Shown here: one piece after another, positions 37,417-47,471 of the stretch
How positions within the stretch are numbered: the first letter of the stretch is position 1
Layout: every line of letters starts with the position of its first letter
NCBI GenBank assembly: GCA_036170135.1
Contig: JAVHOP010000010.1
Location: forward strand, 1 to 53,075
DNA length: 53,075 bases
Origin: Flavobacteriaceae bacterium
Lineage (GTDB): Bacteria > Bacteroidota > Bacteroidia > Flavobacteriales > Flavobacteriaceae
Direction: 5' to 3'
Made by a program: the position numbers and the translations under genes
The notes under the pieces: generated by a model
What the model saw: the letters and a program-made list of their open reading frames with translations, nothing else
The model's database searches: none
What the model was told of the DNA's origin: nothing

Positions 37417-37674
37417 CTATTTAGCTCTTTCAATGATTTCTACTAATCTCCAACATTTAGATTTACTCAATGGACGTGTTTCCATGATCTTAACAGTATC
37501 TCCAGTATTGCAATCATTATTTTCATCGTGCGCAACATATTTCTTTGTATTAAGCACGAATTTTCCATACATAGGATGTTTTACACGTTTTACTTCGGCA
37601 ACAACAATAGATTTATCCATTTTATCGCTAGTAACTACACCTATTCTTTCTTTTCTAAGGTTTCTTTTTTCCAT
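37417..37674 (-). CDS. rpsQ: 30S ribosomal protein S17
   Basis: G.V.SDKM.KSIVV......KHP.Y.K......KY.AHDE.N. Confidence 0.96.
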   Translation of the reverse strand: MEKRNLRKERIGVVTSDKMDKSIVVAEVKRVKHPMYGKFVLNTKKYVAHDENNDCNTGDTVKIMETRPLSKSKCWRLVEIIERAK

Positions 37675-37693
37675 TTCTTACAGAATACAATTA

Positions 37694-37888
37694 TTATATT
37701 GCTCTTTTGGTTATTTCTGTAGCAATTCTTGCAACAGTTCTTCTAAGCGCTCTCAACTGAATTGGATTTTCTAGCGGCGAAATGGTATGAGCCATTTTAA
37801 GATCTCCATAATTTTTCTTTAGATCTTTAAATTTTTCTTGCAAATCTTTAACTGATAATTCTTTTATTTCTGATTGTTTCATTTTCAA
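37694..37888 (-). CDS. rpmC: 50S ribosomal protein L29
   Basis: 64 aa with LR..S...L......L, in operon context between rplP and rpsQ. Confidence 0.93.
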   Translation of the reverse strand: MKMKQSEIKELSVKDLQEKFKDLKKNYGDLKMAHTISPLENPIQLRALRRTVARIATEITKRAI

Positions 37889-37893
37889 TTCAA

Positions 37894-38322
37894 TTAAGCG
37901 TTATCAAAATCTCTAGCAACAATAAATTTGGTTTTTACTGGCAGTTTTTGTGCCGCTAAACGCAAAGCTTCTTTTGCTATTTCTAATGGTACTCCTCCTA
38001 CTTCAAATAGCATTCTTCCGGGTTTAACCGGTGCCACCCAATATTCTGGAGCTCCTTTACCTTTACCCATACGTACATCTAAAGGTTTTTTGGTAATAGG
38101 TTTGTCTGGAAATATTTTAATCCATAATTGGCCTTCTCTTTTCATATATCTAGTTGCGGCGATACGTGCAGCTTCTATTTGACGAGCAGTTAACCAATTT
38201 TGTTCAAGAGTTTTTATTCCAAACATGCCATTTGATAGTAAATGACCTCTGTTGGTATTTCCTTGTACTTGGCCTTTACCTTTCTGTACTTTACGATATT
38301 TTACTCTTTTTGGTTGTAACAT
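37894..38322 (-). CDS. rplP: 50S ribosomal protein L16
   Basis: [14 protein letters not shown] and RMGKGKG..E.WVA.VKPGR..FE. Confidence 0.97.
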   Translation of the reverse strand: MLQPKRVKYRKVQKGKGQVQGNTNRGHLLSNGMFGIKTLEQNWLTARQIEAARIAATRYMKREGQLWIKIFPDKPITKKPLDVRMGKGKGAPEYWVAPVKPGRMLFEVGGVPLEIAKEALRLAAQKLPVKTKFIVARDFDNA

Positions 38323-38340
38323 CTTCTAAATTTTAAAAAT

Positions 38341-39066
38341 TTATCTTCTTTTACGATCTTGTCTCTTGTTTTTTGAACCACCGCTAACAGAAGGTTTGTC
38401 TTGTTTTTTAGACATACCTATTAGTGGAGACAATTCTCGCTTACCATAAACCTCACCTTTCATAATCCATACTTTTACACCTAATCTTCCGTATGTTGTG
38501 TGAGCTTCTTCAAGTGCGTAATCTATATCAGCTCTAAAAGTAGAAAGAGGTATTCTTCCTTCTTTATAAGATTCTGAGCGTGCCATTTCTGCACCATTCA
38601 AACGACCAGATATTTGAATTTTAATACCTTCGGCATTCATTCTAATAGTAGCGGCAATTGCCATTTTAACAGCGCGTTTATATGAAATTCTGTTTTCAAT
38701 TTGACGAGCTACACTTGCTGCTACTAGTTTTGCATCTAGTTCTGGGCGTTTAATTTCAAAAATATTTATTTGAACTTCTTTTTCAGTAATTTTTTTAAGT
38801 TCTTCTTTCAACTTGTCTACCTCTTGACCAGCTTTACCGATTATGATACCGGGTCTAGCTGTAGTGATAGTAACGGTTACAAGTTTAAGGGTTCGCTCTA
38901 TTATTACTCTAGAAACACTTGCTTTTGTTAAACGTGCTTGCACGTATTCTCTAATTTTAAAATCTTCAACAATTTTATCGCCGTAGTCATTTCCTCCATA
39001 CCAGTTAGATTCCCATCCTCTGATGATTCCTAAACGATTTCCTATTGGATTAGTTTTTTGTCCCAT
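38341..39066 (-). CDS. rpsC: 30S ribosomal protein S3 (basic C-terminal tail)
   Basis: [18 protein letters not shown] and a KH domain. Confidence 0.97.
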   Translation of the reverse strand: MGQKTNPIGNRLGIIRGWESNWYGGNDYGDKIVEDFKIREYVQARLTKASVSRVIIERTLKLVTVTITTARPGIIIGKAGQEVDKLKEELKKITEKEVQINIFEIKRPELDAKLVAASVARQIENRISYKRAVKMAIAATIRMNAEGIKIQISGRLNGAEMARSESYKEGRIPLSTFRADIDYALEEAHTTYGRLGVKVWIMKGEVYGKRELSPLIGMSKKQDKPSVSGGSKNKRQDRKRR

Positions 39067-39072
39067 TGCTAC

Positions 39073-39483
39073 TTAATTATTTGTTTTAGATTCTAAATTT
39101 CCTAATATCAACGTTATATGATTAGAACGTTTTCTTATTCTGTTAGCTCTACCTTGTGGTGCTGTACGCAATCTTTTTACCATACTGCCACCGTCAACAA
39201 AAATTTGTTTAACTACTATACCTGCACTTTCTATTGAAGCATCTTCATTTTTAGCTTGCCAGTTGGCAATTGCAGATAATAATAATTTTTCTAAATTTTT
39301 TGAAGCTTCTTTAGGGCTAAATTTTAAAATTTGTAATGCCTTTTCAACATCAACGCCACGTACCTGATCGGCAACTAGACGCATCTTGCGAGGTGATGTA
39401 GGACAACCTTTAAGCTTGGCAAAAGCTAAATGCTTTGTAGCCTCATGACGCTTTTCTGCTGATAGTTTTTTTCTGACTCCCAT
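39073..39483 (-). CDS. rplV: 50S ribosomal protein L22
   Basis: SPRK.RLVAD..RG..V..AL..L.F and operon context. Confidence 0.96.
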   Translation of the reverse strand: MGVRKKLSAEKRHEATKHLAFAKLKGCPTSPRKMRLVADQVRGVDVEKALQILKFSPKEASKNLEKLLLSAIANWQAKNEDASIESAGIVVKQIFVDGGSMVKRLRTAPQGRANRIRKRSNHITLILGNLESKTNN

Positions 39484-39490
39484 AACCTAC

Positions 39491-39769
39491 TTATTTTTTA
39501 CCTTTATTTTTTGCACCTGCATGACCTCTAAAAGATCTTGTAGGTGAAAATTCTCCTAATTTATGACCTACCATATTTTCTGTAACATATACTGGTACAA
39601 ATTGTCTACCATTGTGTACTGCTATTGTTTGACCAACAAAATCGGGTGTAATTGTTGAGGCTCTTGACCAAGTTTTAATTACACTTTTTTTGCCAGATTC
39701 TATATTGGTTTGTACTTTTTTATCTAATTGATAAGCAACAAAAGGTCCTTTTTTTAATGAACGTGCCAT
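39491..39769 (-). CDS. rpsS: 30S ribosomal protein S19
   Basis: [10 protein letters not shown] and [24 protein letters not shown]. Confidence 0.97.
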   Translation of the reverse strand: MARSLKKGPFVAYQLDKKVQTNIESGKKSVIKTWSRASTITPDFVGQTIAVHNGRQFVPVYVTENMVGHKLGEFSPTRSFRGHAGAKNKGKK

Positions 39770-39775
39770 ACTTCT

Positions 39776-40603
39776 CTACTTATTTTTTTTGCGTTCTAAT
39801 ATATATTTATTACTAGCCTTAGTTTTAGAACGTGTTTTAAAACCTTTAGCTGGGATACCTTTTCTAGAACGTGGGTGTCCACCTGAAGCTCTACCTTCAC
39901 CACCACCCATAGGGTGATCGACGGGGTTCATAACTACCGCTCTTGTTCTTGGGCGACGGCCTAACCATCTAGATCTTCCAGCTTTTCCAGATACCAATAA
40001 TTGGTGATCAGAATTAGATACTACACCAATAGTAGCTATACAAGTACCCAAAACCATTCGTGTTTCACCTGAAGGTAATTTTATAGTTACATATTTACCT
40101 TCTTTTGCCATAAGTTGTGCAAAAGTACCAGCACTACGCGCTAAAATAGCGCCTTGTCCTGGTTTTAATTCTATACAAGAAATGGTAGTACCCAATGGAA
40201 TTTTAGATAAAGGCAATGTATTACCAACATCTGGTGTTGCGCTTTCTCCTGAAATAACTTTTTGATCAATTTTCAAGCCTTGTTGTGCTATGATATATCT
40301 CTTCTCTCCATCGGCGTAAGCTAATAAAGCAATAAAAGCCGATCTGTTAGGATCGTATTCTATCGTTTTAACTGTGGCTGGAATACCATCTTTGTTTCGT
40401 TTAAAATCAATGATACGGTATTGTTTTTTATGACCACCACCAATATAGCGCATCGTCATTTTACCTTCACTGTTTCTACCGCCTGATCTTCTATTCGGAG
40501 CAACTAAACTTTTCTCCGGCTTATCAGTTGTAAGGCTGTCAAAACCATTTACAACTCTAAAACGCTGACCTGGGGTTATGGGTTTTAATTTTCTTAGTGA
40601 CAT
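39776..40603 (-). CDS. rplB: 50S ribosomal protein L2
   Basis: KP.TPG.R and [14 protein letters not shown]. Confidence 0.97.
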   Translation of the reverse strand: MSLRKLKPITPGQRFRVVNGFDSLTTDKPEKSLVAPNRRSGGRNSEGKMTMRYIGGGHKKQYRIIDFKRNKDGIPATVKTIEYDPNRSAFIALLAYADGEKRYIIAQQGLKIDQKVISGESATPDVGNTLPLSKIPLGTTISCIELKPGQGAILARSAGTFAQLMAKEGKYVTIKLPSGETRMVLGTCIATIGVVSNSDHQLLVSGKAGRSRWLGRRPRTRAVVMNPVDHPMGGGEGRASGGHPRSRKGIPAKGFKTRSKTKASNKYILERKKNK

Positions 40604-40608
40604 TTTTC

Positions 40609-40899
40609 TTAAATATTGTTATAAAAATCAATACTATTTCCTTCTGCTAACTCTACAACTGCTTTTTTATAAGCTCCTATAACCGAAGTAACCATTCCTT
40701 TTTTTGTAAATTTTGAACTCCTTTTTACAGGATAGTTCAAGGTTCTTACTTTAGTTACAGTTACGCCATAAGCTAATTCAACAGCTTGGCGGATTTGTAT
40801 TTTATTAGCTTTGTTATTCACAACAAAACCGTAGCGATTAAATACCTCACTACTTTCTGTCATTTTCTCCGATATAATAGGTTTAACTAAAATTCTCAT
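40609..40899 (-). CDS. rplW: 50S ribosomal protein L23
   Basis: 96 aa with PIISEK...... and KAVV.L, in operon context. Confidence 0.95.
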   Translation of the reverse strand: MRILVKPIISEKMTESSEVFNRYGFVVNNKANKIQIRQAVELAYGVTVTKVRTLNYPVKRSSKFTKKGMVTSVIGAYKKAVVELAEGNSIDFYNNI

Positions 40900-40901
40900 C
40901 C

Positions 40902-41531
40902 CTATTTATTTAGATTAATTTCAATTTCTTCTAATGCACTCTCAATAAGAATCAATTTGTTACTGTTAACTAAATTGTAAGTATTTATATTAGAGGCTCT
41001 TACAACATTTGTTCTCGATAAATTACGTGATGCCAAATATACATTATTATTTGACTCTCCAAACACAAACATTGATTTTTTATCGGCTAAAGAAAAAGTC
41101 TTTAAAACTTCAATTAAATTCTTTGTTTTAGGGGTATCAAAATTGAAATCTTCTAAAACAATTAAATTTTGTTCTTTAACTTTTATAGATAATGCCGATT
41201 TACGGGCTAAACGTTTTAAACTCTTATTTAATTTAAAACTATAATCTTTAGGTCTTGGTCCAAAAACACGTCCACCTCCTTTAAAAAGCGGAGATTTAAT
41301 GCTACCTGCTCTTGCAGTACCAGATCCTTTTTGTTTCTTAATTTTACGAGTACTTCCGCTAATTTCGGCTCTTTCTTTAGATTTATGTGTTCCTTGTCTT
41401 TGATTAGCCAAGTATTGTTTAACATCTAAATAGAGGGCATGATTATTAGGTTCAATCCCAAAAATACTATCGGCTAGCTCAACGGTTCTACCGGTTTCTT
41501 TACCTTTTATGTCTAAAACTGCTACCTTCAT
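40902..41531 (-). CDS. rplD: 50S ribosomal protein L4
   Basis: K.QKGSG.AR.GS..SP.F.GGG..FGP.P.DY. Its start overlaps the rplC stop (TAATG). Confidence 0.97.
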   Translation of the reverse strand: MKVAVLDIKGKETGRTVELADSIFGIEPNNHALYLDVKQYLANQRQGTHKSKERAEISGSTRKIKKQKGSGTARAGSIKSPLFKGGGRVFGPRPKDYSFKLNKSLKRLARKSALSIKVKEQNLIVLEDFNFDTPKTKNLIEVLKTFSLADKKSMFVFGESNNNVYLASRNLSRTNVVRASNINTYNLVNSNKLILIESALEEIEINLNK

Positions 41532-42148
41532 TATTTCTCAACGATTATGTAAGAATTTTTATGACCAGGAATAGCGCCTTTTATTACTAAAAGATTCTTT
41601 TCTGGAACAACTTTTAAAATTCTTAAGTTTTGAACTTTTACATTTACAGCACCCATATGACCTCCCATACGCATTCCTTTGAATACTCTTGAGGGATATG
41701 ATGAGGCTCCTACTGATCCTGGAGCACGTAATCTGTTATGCTGACCGTGAGTGGCTTGACCAACTCCAGCAAAACCATGACGTTTTACAACTCCCTGGAA
41801 ACCTTTACCTTTAGAAGTACCTGTAACATCGACAAACTCTCCTTCTTCAAATAAAGTGGCGTCAATTTTGTCTCCTAATTTATATTCTTCTTTAAATCCT
41901 TGAAATTCAACAACATGCTTTTTAGCATCAGTTCCAGCCTTTTTAAAGTGCCCAATGAGCGCCTTAGTGGTGTGTTTTTCTGATTTGTCATCGAAACCAA
42001 GTTGCAACGCTTCATACCCGTCAACCGCTTTGGTTCTGACTTGGGTAACTACGCAAGGACCTGCTTCTACAACGGTACATGGTATATTTTTACCAGTCTC
42101 GTCGAAAATACTTGTCATTCCGATTTTTCTACCTATTAACCCAGACAT
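41531..42148 (-). CDS. rplC: 50S ribosomal protein L3
   Basis: G.IG.K.GMT and [13 protein letters not shown]. Confidence 0.97.
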   Translation of the reverse strand: MSGLIGRKIGMTSIFDETGKNIPCTVVEAGPCVVTQVRTKAVDGYEALQLGFDDKSEKHTTKALIGHFKKAGTDAKKHVVEFQGFKEEYKLGDKIDATLFEEGEFVDVTGTSKGKGFQGVVKRHGFAGVGQATHGQHNRLRAPGSVGASSYPSRVFKGMRMGGHMGAVNVKVQNLRILKVVPEKNLLVIKGAIPGHKNSYIIVEK

Positions 42149-42203
42149 ATTTAATTAATTATTAATTATTGTTTATTATTTATTTTTTCTGATAAAGTAT
42201 TTA

Positions 42204-42509
42204 TCACACTTTGATTTCTACTTCTACACCGCTTGGCAATTCTAATTTCATAAGTGCATCAATTGTTTTTGAAGATGAACTATAAATATCTAAAAGACGT
42301 TTATAAGAACTCACTTGAAATTGTTCTCTCGCTTTTTTATTTACGTGTGGAGAACGTAAGACTGTGAAAATCTTTTTGTGTGTTGGTAAAGGAATTGGAC
42401 CATTGATGATGGCGCCTGATGCCTTTACAGTTTTTACGATTTTTTCGGCAGACTTATCTACTAAGTTGTAATCGTAAGATTTTAGTTTAATTCTAATTTT
42501 TTGACTCAT
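42204..42509 (-). CDS. rpsJ: 30S ribosomal protein S10
   Basis: [11 protein letters not shown]......V and GPIPLPT......TVLRSPH..K..REQFE-like. Confidence 0.97.
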   Translation of the reverse strand: MSQKIRIKLKSYDYNLVDKSAEKIVKTVKASGAIINGPIPLPTHKKIFTVLRSPHVNKKAREQFQVSSYKRLLDIYSSSSKTIDALMKLELPSGVEVEIKV

Positions 42510-42524
42510 CTTGTATAATTTAAA

Positions 42525-44627
42525 CTACTCTCCTTTTGCTTTTTTGATAACTTGTTCTGAAATATTTGATGGCGTTTCTTGATAATGTGAAAACTCCATT
42601 GTTGAAGTTGCTCTACCAGATGATAAAGTTCTTAGGGTGGTAACATATCCGAACATTTCTGATAATGGTACCGTAGCTTTTATAACTTTAGCACCTGCAC
42701 GATCATCCATATTATTTACCTGACCGCGACGTCGGTTTAAATCACCAACAATATCACCCATATTAATTTCTGGAGTTACTACTTCTAGTTTCATAATAGG
42801 TTCTAATATAACAGCTCCAGCGGCTTTTGCTGCAGCTTTATATCCCATTTTTGCTGCCAATTCAAATGATAAAGCATCAGAATCTACAGGGTGGAATGAA
42901 CCATCTTTTAAGGTCACTTTCATACTGTCCATAACATAGCCCGCTAAAGGACCGTTAACCATAGCTTGGGTAAACCCTTTTTGAACAGCCGGTATAAATT
43001 CTTTTGGAATTCTACCACCTTTAACCTCGTCAACAAATTGAAGTCCACCTTTTTTGGCATTTTCTTCATCTGCTGGTCCTATTTCAAAAATAATATCTCC
43101 AAATTTACCTCGTCCACCAGATTGTTTTTTGTAAACTTCTCTATGGTCTGCAAATTTGGTTAAGGCTTCTTTATATTCTACTTGAGGCTGACCTTCGTTA
43201 ACTTCGACATGGAATTCTCTTTTTAAACGATCTACAATAATTTCTAAGTGTAGTTCGCCCATACCAGAGATTATAGTTTGTCCAGATGCTTGGTCAGTTT
43301 TAACTTGAAAAGTTGGATCCTCTTCGGCTAATTTCATTAAGGCAATGCCTAATTTATCGACATCTACTTTAGTTTTTGGTTCAACTGCAATCCCAATTAC
43401 AGGTGCAGGGAATGTCATAGACTCTAATACAATAGGATGTTTTTCATCGCATAAAGTATCACCTGTTCTAATGTCTTTAAATCCAACTGCAGCGCCAATA
43501 TCTCCAGCTTCAATTCTAGCGATAGGTTCTTGTTTGTTAGCGTGCATTTGATAGATACGAGAAATGCGTTCTTTTTTATCTGAACGGGTATTTAAAACGT
43601 AAGAACCGGCATCTAAAAATCCAGAATAAACCCTAAAGAAAGCTAAACGTCCCACAAATGGATCGGTTGCGATTTTAAAAGCTAATGAAGAAAAAGGTTC
43701 GTCTACACTTGGGTGTCTTAAAATTTCTTTTTCGGTATCAGGATTTATGCCTTTAATTGCTTCAATATCCATTGGTGATGGCAAATAACGCATTACGGCA
43801 TCTAGCATTGCTTGAACACCCTTATTTTTAAAAGCCGAACCGCACATCATTGGGATGATGCTCATGTCTATTGTAGCAGCTCTTAATGCAGCAATAATTT
43901 CGTCTTCTGTGATAGATTCTTCGTCTTCAAAGAATTTTTCCATTAAAGTCTCATCATATTCGGCTACAGCTTCAACTAATAAGGTTCGGTATTTGTCAAC
44001 ATCAGCTTTAAGTTCTTCGGGTATCGGAATTTCTTTAAAAGTCATCCCAGAATCATCGTCATTCCAAATAATTGCTTTTTTAGCAATTAAATCCACAACA
44101 CCTTTAAAATCGATTTCATCTCCAATAGGCACTTGTAATGGTACCGGATTACCACCTAGCATTTCTTTAACTTGATTACAAACGTTAAAAAAATCAGCTC
44201 CTTGACGGTCCATTTTATTCACAAAACCTAAACGCGGAACGCGATATTTATCGGCTTGTCTCCAAACGGTTTCTGATTGTGGTTCAACACCGTCAACGGC
44301 GCTAAACAAGGCAACCATTCCATCGAGAACACGTAAAGATCGTTCTACTTCAACCGTAAAATCTACGTGACCTGGTGTGTCTATAATATTAACTCTATAT
44401 TGTTGATCTCTATAATTCCAAATACAATGTGTTGCTGCTGAAGTAATGGTAATACCTCGTTCTTGTTCTTGCGCCATCCAGTCCATAGTAGCTGCGCCAT
44501 CATGAACTTCACCTATCTTATGATTAACACCCGTATAGTATAAAATGCGCTCGGTACATGTTGTTTTACCGGCATCTATATGGGCAGCAATACCTATATT
44601 TCTTGTATATCTTAAATCTCTTGCCAT
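42525..44627 (-). CDS. fusA: Elongation factor G
   Basis: G1 motif [10 protein letters not shown]3 motif DTPGHVDF and NKMD in 700 aa. Confidence 0.98.
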   Translation of the reverse strand: MARDLRYTRNIGIAAHIDAGKTTCTERILYYTGVNHKIGEVHDGAATMDWMAQEQERGITITSAATHCIWNYRDQQYRVNIIDTPGHVDFTVEVERSLRVLDGMVALFSAVDGVEPQSETVWRQADKYRVPRLGFVNKMDRQGADFFNVCNQVKEMLGGNPVPLQVPIGDEIDFKGVVDLIAKKAIIWNDDDSGMTFKEIPIPEELKADVDKYRTLLVEAVAEYDETLMEKFFEDEESITEDEIIAALRAATIDMSIIPMMCGSAFKNKGVQAMLDAVMRYLPSPMDIEAIKGINPDTEKEILRHPSVDEPFSSLAFKIATDPFVGRLAFFRVYSGFLDAGSYVLNTRSDKKERISRIYQMHANKQEPIARIEAGDIGAAVGFKDIRTGDTLCDEKHPIVLESMTFPAPVIGIAVEPKTKVDVDKLGIALMKLAEEDPTFQVKTDQASGQTIISGMGELHLEIIVDRLKREFHVEVNEGQPQVEYKEALTKFADHREVYKKQSGGRGKFGDIIFEIGPADEENAKKGGLQFVDEVKGGRIPKEFIPAVQKGFTQAMVNGPLAGYVMDSMKVTLKDGSFHPVDSDALSFELAAKMGYKAAAKAAGAVILEPIMKLEVVTPEINMGDIVGDLNRRRGQVNNMDDRAGAKVIKATVPLSEMFGYVTTLRTLSSGRATSTMEFSHYQETPSNISEQVIKKAKGE

Positions 44628-44639
44628 AAGTTACGCTTC

Positions 44640-45116
44640 TTAGAATCTAAAATGTGAGAAAGCTTTATTGGCTTCGGCCATTTTATGAGTATCCATGCGT
44701 TTTTTAACTGCTGCACCTTCTTCTTTTGCTGCTGCTAAAAACTCATTTGCAAGTCTTTGAGCCATCGATTTTTCATTGCGCTTTTTAGCGTAGAGTAGCA
44801 TCCATTTAATGGCCATAGAAATTTTTCTATCGGGTCTAATTTGCATTGGGATTTGAAAAGTTGCTCCACCAACACGTCTGCTACGTACTTCTACGTGAGG
44901 CATGACGTTAGACAAACCTTGTTTCCAAATTTCTAAAGCTGTTTTTTCTTCATCTTGTTTGCGTTGCTCTACAATGTCTAAAGCATCATAAAATACTTTA
45001 AAAGCAACCGACTTTTTACCGTCGTACATCAAGTTATTTACAAAACGTGTTACCAGTTCGTCGTTAAACTTTGGATCTGGCAATAACAATCGTTTTTTTG
45101 CACTTCTTTTTCTCAT
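44640..45116 (-). CDS. rpsG: 30S ribosomal protein S7
   Basis: PDPKFND and VEV.SRRVGGATFQ.P. Confidence 0.97.
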   Translation of the reverse strand: MRKRSAKKRLLLPDPKFNDELVTRFVNNLMYDGKKSVAFKVFYDALDIVEQRKQDEEKTALEIWKQGLSNVMPHVEVRSRRVGGATFQIPMQIRPDRKISMAIKWMLLYAKKRNEKSMAQRLANEFLAAAKEEGAAVKKRMDTHKMAEANKAFSHFRF

Positions 45117-45140
45117 GTCTTCGCGTTAAATAATTACTTG

Positions 45141-45515
45141 TTATTTTTTAGGTCTTTTTGCGCCGTATTTTGATCTACGTTGCGTTCTACCTGCTACACC
45201 TGCTGTGTCTAAAGCACCACGAACAATGTGGTATCTTACACCTGGTAAGTCTTTTACTCTTCCACCTCTAACCAATACTATCGAGTGTTCTTGTAAATTA
45301 TGTCCTTCGCCTGGAATGTATGCGTTTACTTCATTGCCATTTGTCAATCTAACACGCGCAACTTTACGCATAGCTGAGTTAGGTTTTTTTGGTGTTGTAG
45401 TATAAACACGAGTACATACGCCACGACGTTGTGGACATGAATTCAAAGCAACCGATTTACTCTTCTTGGTTATTTTGGTTCTTCCTTTGCGTACTAATTG
45501 TTGAATAGTTGGCAT
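45141..45515 (-). CDS. rpsL: 30S ribosomal protein S12
   Basis: [28 protein letters not shown] and [13 protein letters not shown]. Confidence 0.98.
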   Translation of the reverse strand: MPTIQQLVRKGRTKITKKSKSVALNSCPQRRGVCTRVYTTTPKKPNSAMRKVARVRLTNGNEVNAYIPGEGHNLQEHSIVLVRGGRVKDLPGVRYHIVRGALDTAGVAGRTQRRSKYGAKRPKK

Positions 45516-45569
45516 ACTAAATATTTATAAATTTAATTATTTGTTAAAATCCCCTATTTTTTGGGTTTG

Positions 45570-45600
45570 CAAATGTATAAATTATTATCTATTTTTCAAA
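45570..45600 (-). promoter_or_regulatory. Candidate Bacteroidota sigma-A promoter of the ribosomal superoperon
   Basis: On the minus strand, TTTG (45597-45600) is followed by a 19-nt spacer and then TACATTTG (45570-45577). This matches the -33 TTTG / -7 TAnnTTTG architecture and lies about 55 nt upstream of the rpsL ATG. Confidence 0.55.
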
Positions 45601-45687
45601 TCATTACTAATTAAATTTATTAACTTTTATTTTTACCATTAAAAATAGGGCTTAGAATGCTATATTTGAATTCTATTTAACCAGAAT

Positions 45688-47370
45688 TTGAAAACAATTA
45701 TCAGGTCTTATTTATGTATTTTATTAATGCTGTCTTCTATTAATATCGCATTAGCGCAGCAAATAGAATTGAAGGTCTTTTATAACTCCATTTTTAATAA
45801 TTCTGTTATTAACGACCTCAAATACCAATCCTTTCATAAAAGTGAAGCGCATTTAAATAACGAAATAAAAACAATAACCGATTCATTAATTTACAAAGGT
45901 TATTTAAATGTAAAATTAGATAGTCTTGTTGTAAAAGATAAAATTTACTTTGCATTTTTTAATTTGGGCAATCCCATTAAATATATTGATGTAATCTATA
46001 AATCTAATTTAAATCAAAAAATCCTAAAAAAATATACCTATATATATAATGATAGTATTTTTACTTTAAAATTTAGCTATATCAAGCCATTGTTAAATGC
46101 TTTAATTGATGATTTTGAACAAAATGGAAGGCCTTTTACACAAATAAAACTCTCTGAAATAGCCTTTAACGATTCTCTGGCTACCTCACATTTAATCATT
46201 TCAAATGATGACAGGCGAACTATAAACAAAATCATTATTAAAGACTACGAGAATTTTCCAAAATCATTCTTAAACCAAGACTTAAAGCTCCATTCTGGTG
46301 ATGTTTTTAATGCTTCAAAGTTATCGGCTATTTCAAAAAAAATAAATTATATCAATTTTGTATCAGAAATAAAACCTCCCGAGGTTCTATTTACCGATAA
46401 TGAAACCAATTTGTATCTTTATTTAAAAAAAGTCCAAACTAATTCAATTGATGGGCTTATCGGATTTACCTCTAAACAAAATGGAAAAGGTGTTTTGTTT
46501 AATGGCTTTTTAGACCTCCAACTAGTAAACGCCTTTAATACTGGCGAATCAGTATCATTACTTTTTAAAAACAATGGGCTATCACAACAAAAATTTAATG
46601 TAGGCGCCAAACTACCTTATATTTTTAACAGTCATTTTTCGGCGCGTGGTAATCTCGATATTTACAAACAAGACTCTTCTTATATCAATGTCAAAACTGA
46701 TTTATCACTAGACTATCCTTTAAACTTTAAGAGTGGAATTGCACTCTCTATTAATCGAGAAAATTCTTCAAATTTATTGAAGTCCAAAATTTTAAATATC
46801 GAATCATTTCAATCGACTTATCTAGGACTGCAATATCACTTGGCAAGTTTTACTGATGATATTTTGTTTCACGAAAAATTGCATTTTAGTTCAAGTTTCT
46901 TTTTTGGAACTAAAAAAGTTGACAGCTTAAAAATAAATCAACTTAAAATTGAGACAGAAGCCAGTTATTTATGGCTTTTAAATCAACGAAATGCCATTTT
47001 TGTAAAAAACAGTAATGCCTTTCTCAATACCTCAAATTATTTGACTAATGAATTATTTAAACTTGGTGGTGCTAAAAGCTTGAGAGGTTTTGACGAAGAG
47101 ACCCTTCTAGCTTCTAGTTATAGCATTTTAAATTTTGAGTATCGTTATAAAACAAATTTAGATTCATATCTATATTCCATAACCGATTTTGGCTATTTAA
47201 GTAATGCCAGTAGTCATCAAAAATCAAATTTATTCAGCTTGGGTTTAGGATATAAATTTCGCGCTAAAATGGGTGTAATTAATTTAAGTTACGCACTCGG
47301 ATTTACTAATAATCATCAAGTTAATCTACAAGACGCTAAAATTTATTTTAATTTAAAAACTATATTTTAG
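45688..47370 (+). CDS. Omp85/BamA-family (surface antigen D15-like) outer-membrane protein
   Basis: Signal peptide with a TTG start. The C-terminal barrel carries LGGAKSLRGFDE and a terminal Phe (NLKTIF). Confidence 0.7.
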   Translation: MKTIIRSYLCILLMLSSINIALAQQIELKVFYNSIFNNSVINDLKYQSFHKSEAHLNNEIKTITDSLIYKGYLNVKLDSLVVKDKIYFAFFNLGNPIKYIDVIYKSNLNQKILKKYTYIYNDSIFTLKFSYIKPLLNALIDDFEQNGRPFTQIKLSEIAFNDSLATSHLIISNDDRRTINKIIIKDYENFPKSFLNQDLKLHSGDVFNASKLSAISKKINYINFVSEIKPPEVLFTDNETNLYLYLKKVQTNSIDGLIGFTSKQNGKGVLFNGFLDLQLVNAFNTGESVSLLFKNNGLSQQKFNVGAKLPYIFNSHFSARGNLDIYKQDSSYINVKTDLSLDYPLNFKSGIALSINRENSSNLLKSKILNIESFQSTYLGLQYHLASFTDDILFHEKLHFSSSFFFGTKKVDSLKINQLKIETEASYLWLLNQRNAIFVKNSNAFLNTSNYLTNELFKLGGAKSLRGFDEETLLASSYSILNFEYRYKTNLDSYLYSITDFGYLSNASSHQKSNLFSLGLGYKFRAKMGVINLSYALGFTNNHQVNLQDAKIYFNLKTIF

Positions 47371-47471
47371 GAGTGCTCAATAATAAAATTTAAATTATAA
47401 AGGGCAAAAGAGTTGTTTAATTGATATGTTTTTTACACTTTTGTCATCAAATCAACCAAATTATTCATAAA

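Larger units (their letters stand above)
28636..45515 (-). other. Fused str-S10-spc-alpha ribosomal protein superoperon (32 genes, no tuf)
   Basis: Continuous same-strand gene order from rpsL to rplQ, with gaps mostly under 30 nt. Confidence 0.95.

Noticed and set aside
47421-47471. 17-codon extension of SusC (MICFLHFCHQINQIIHK). A similar extension of the hypothetical protein occurs at 28546-28593.
   Set aside because: In both cases an internal ATG is followed by a canonical signal peptide. The paralogous SusC at 52438 starts exactly at the equivalent MKTKFSG.
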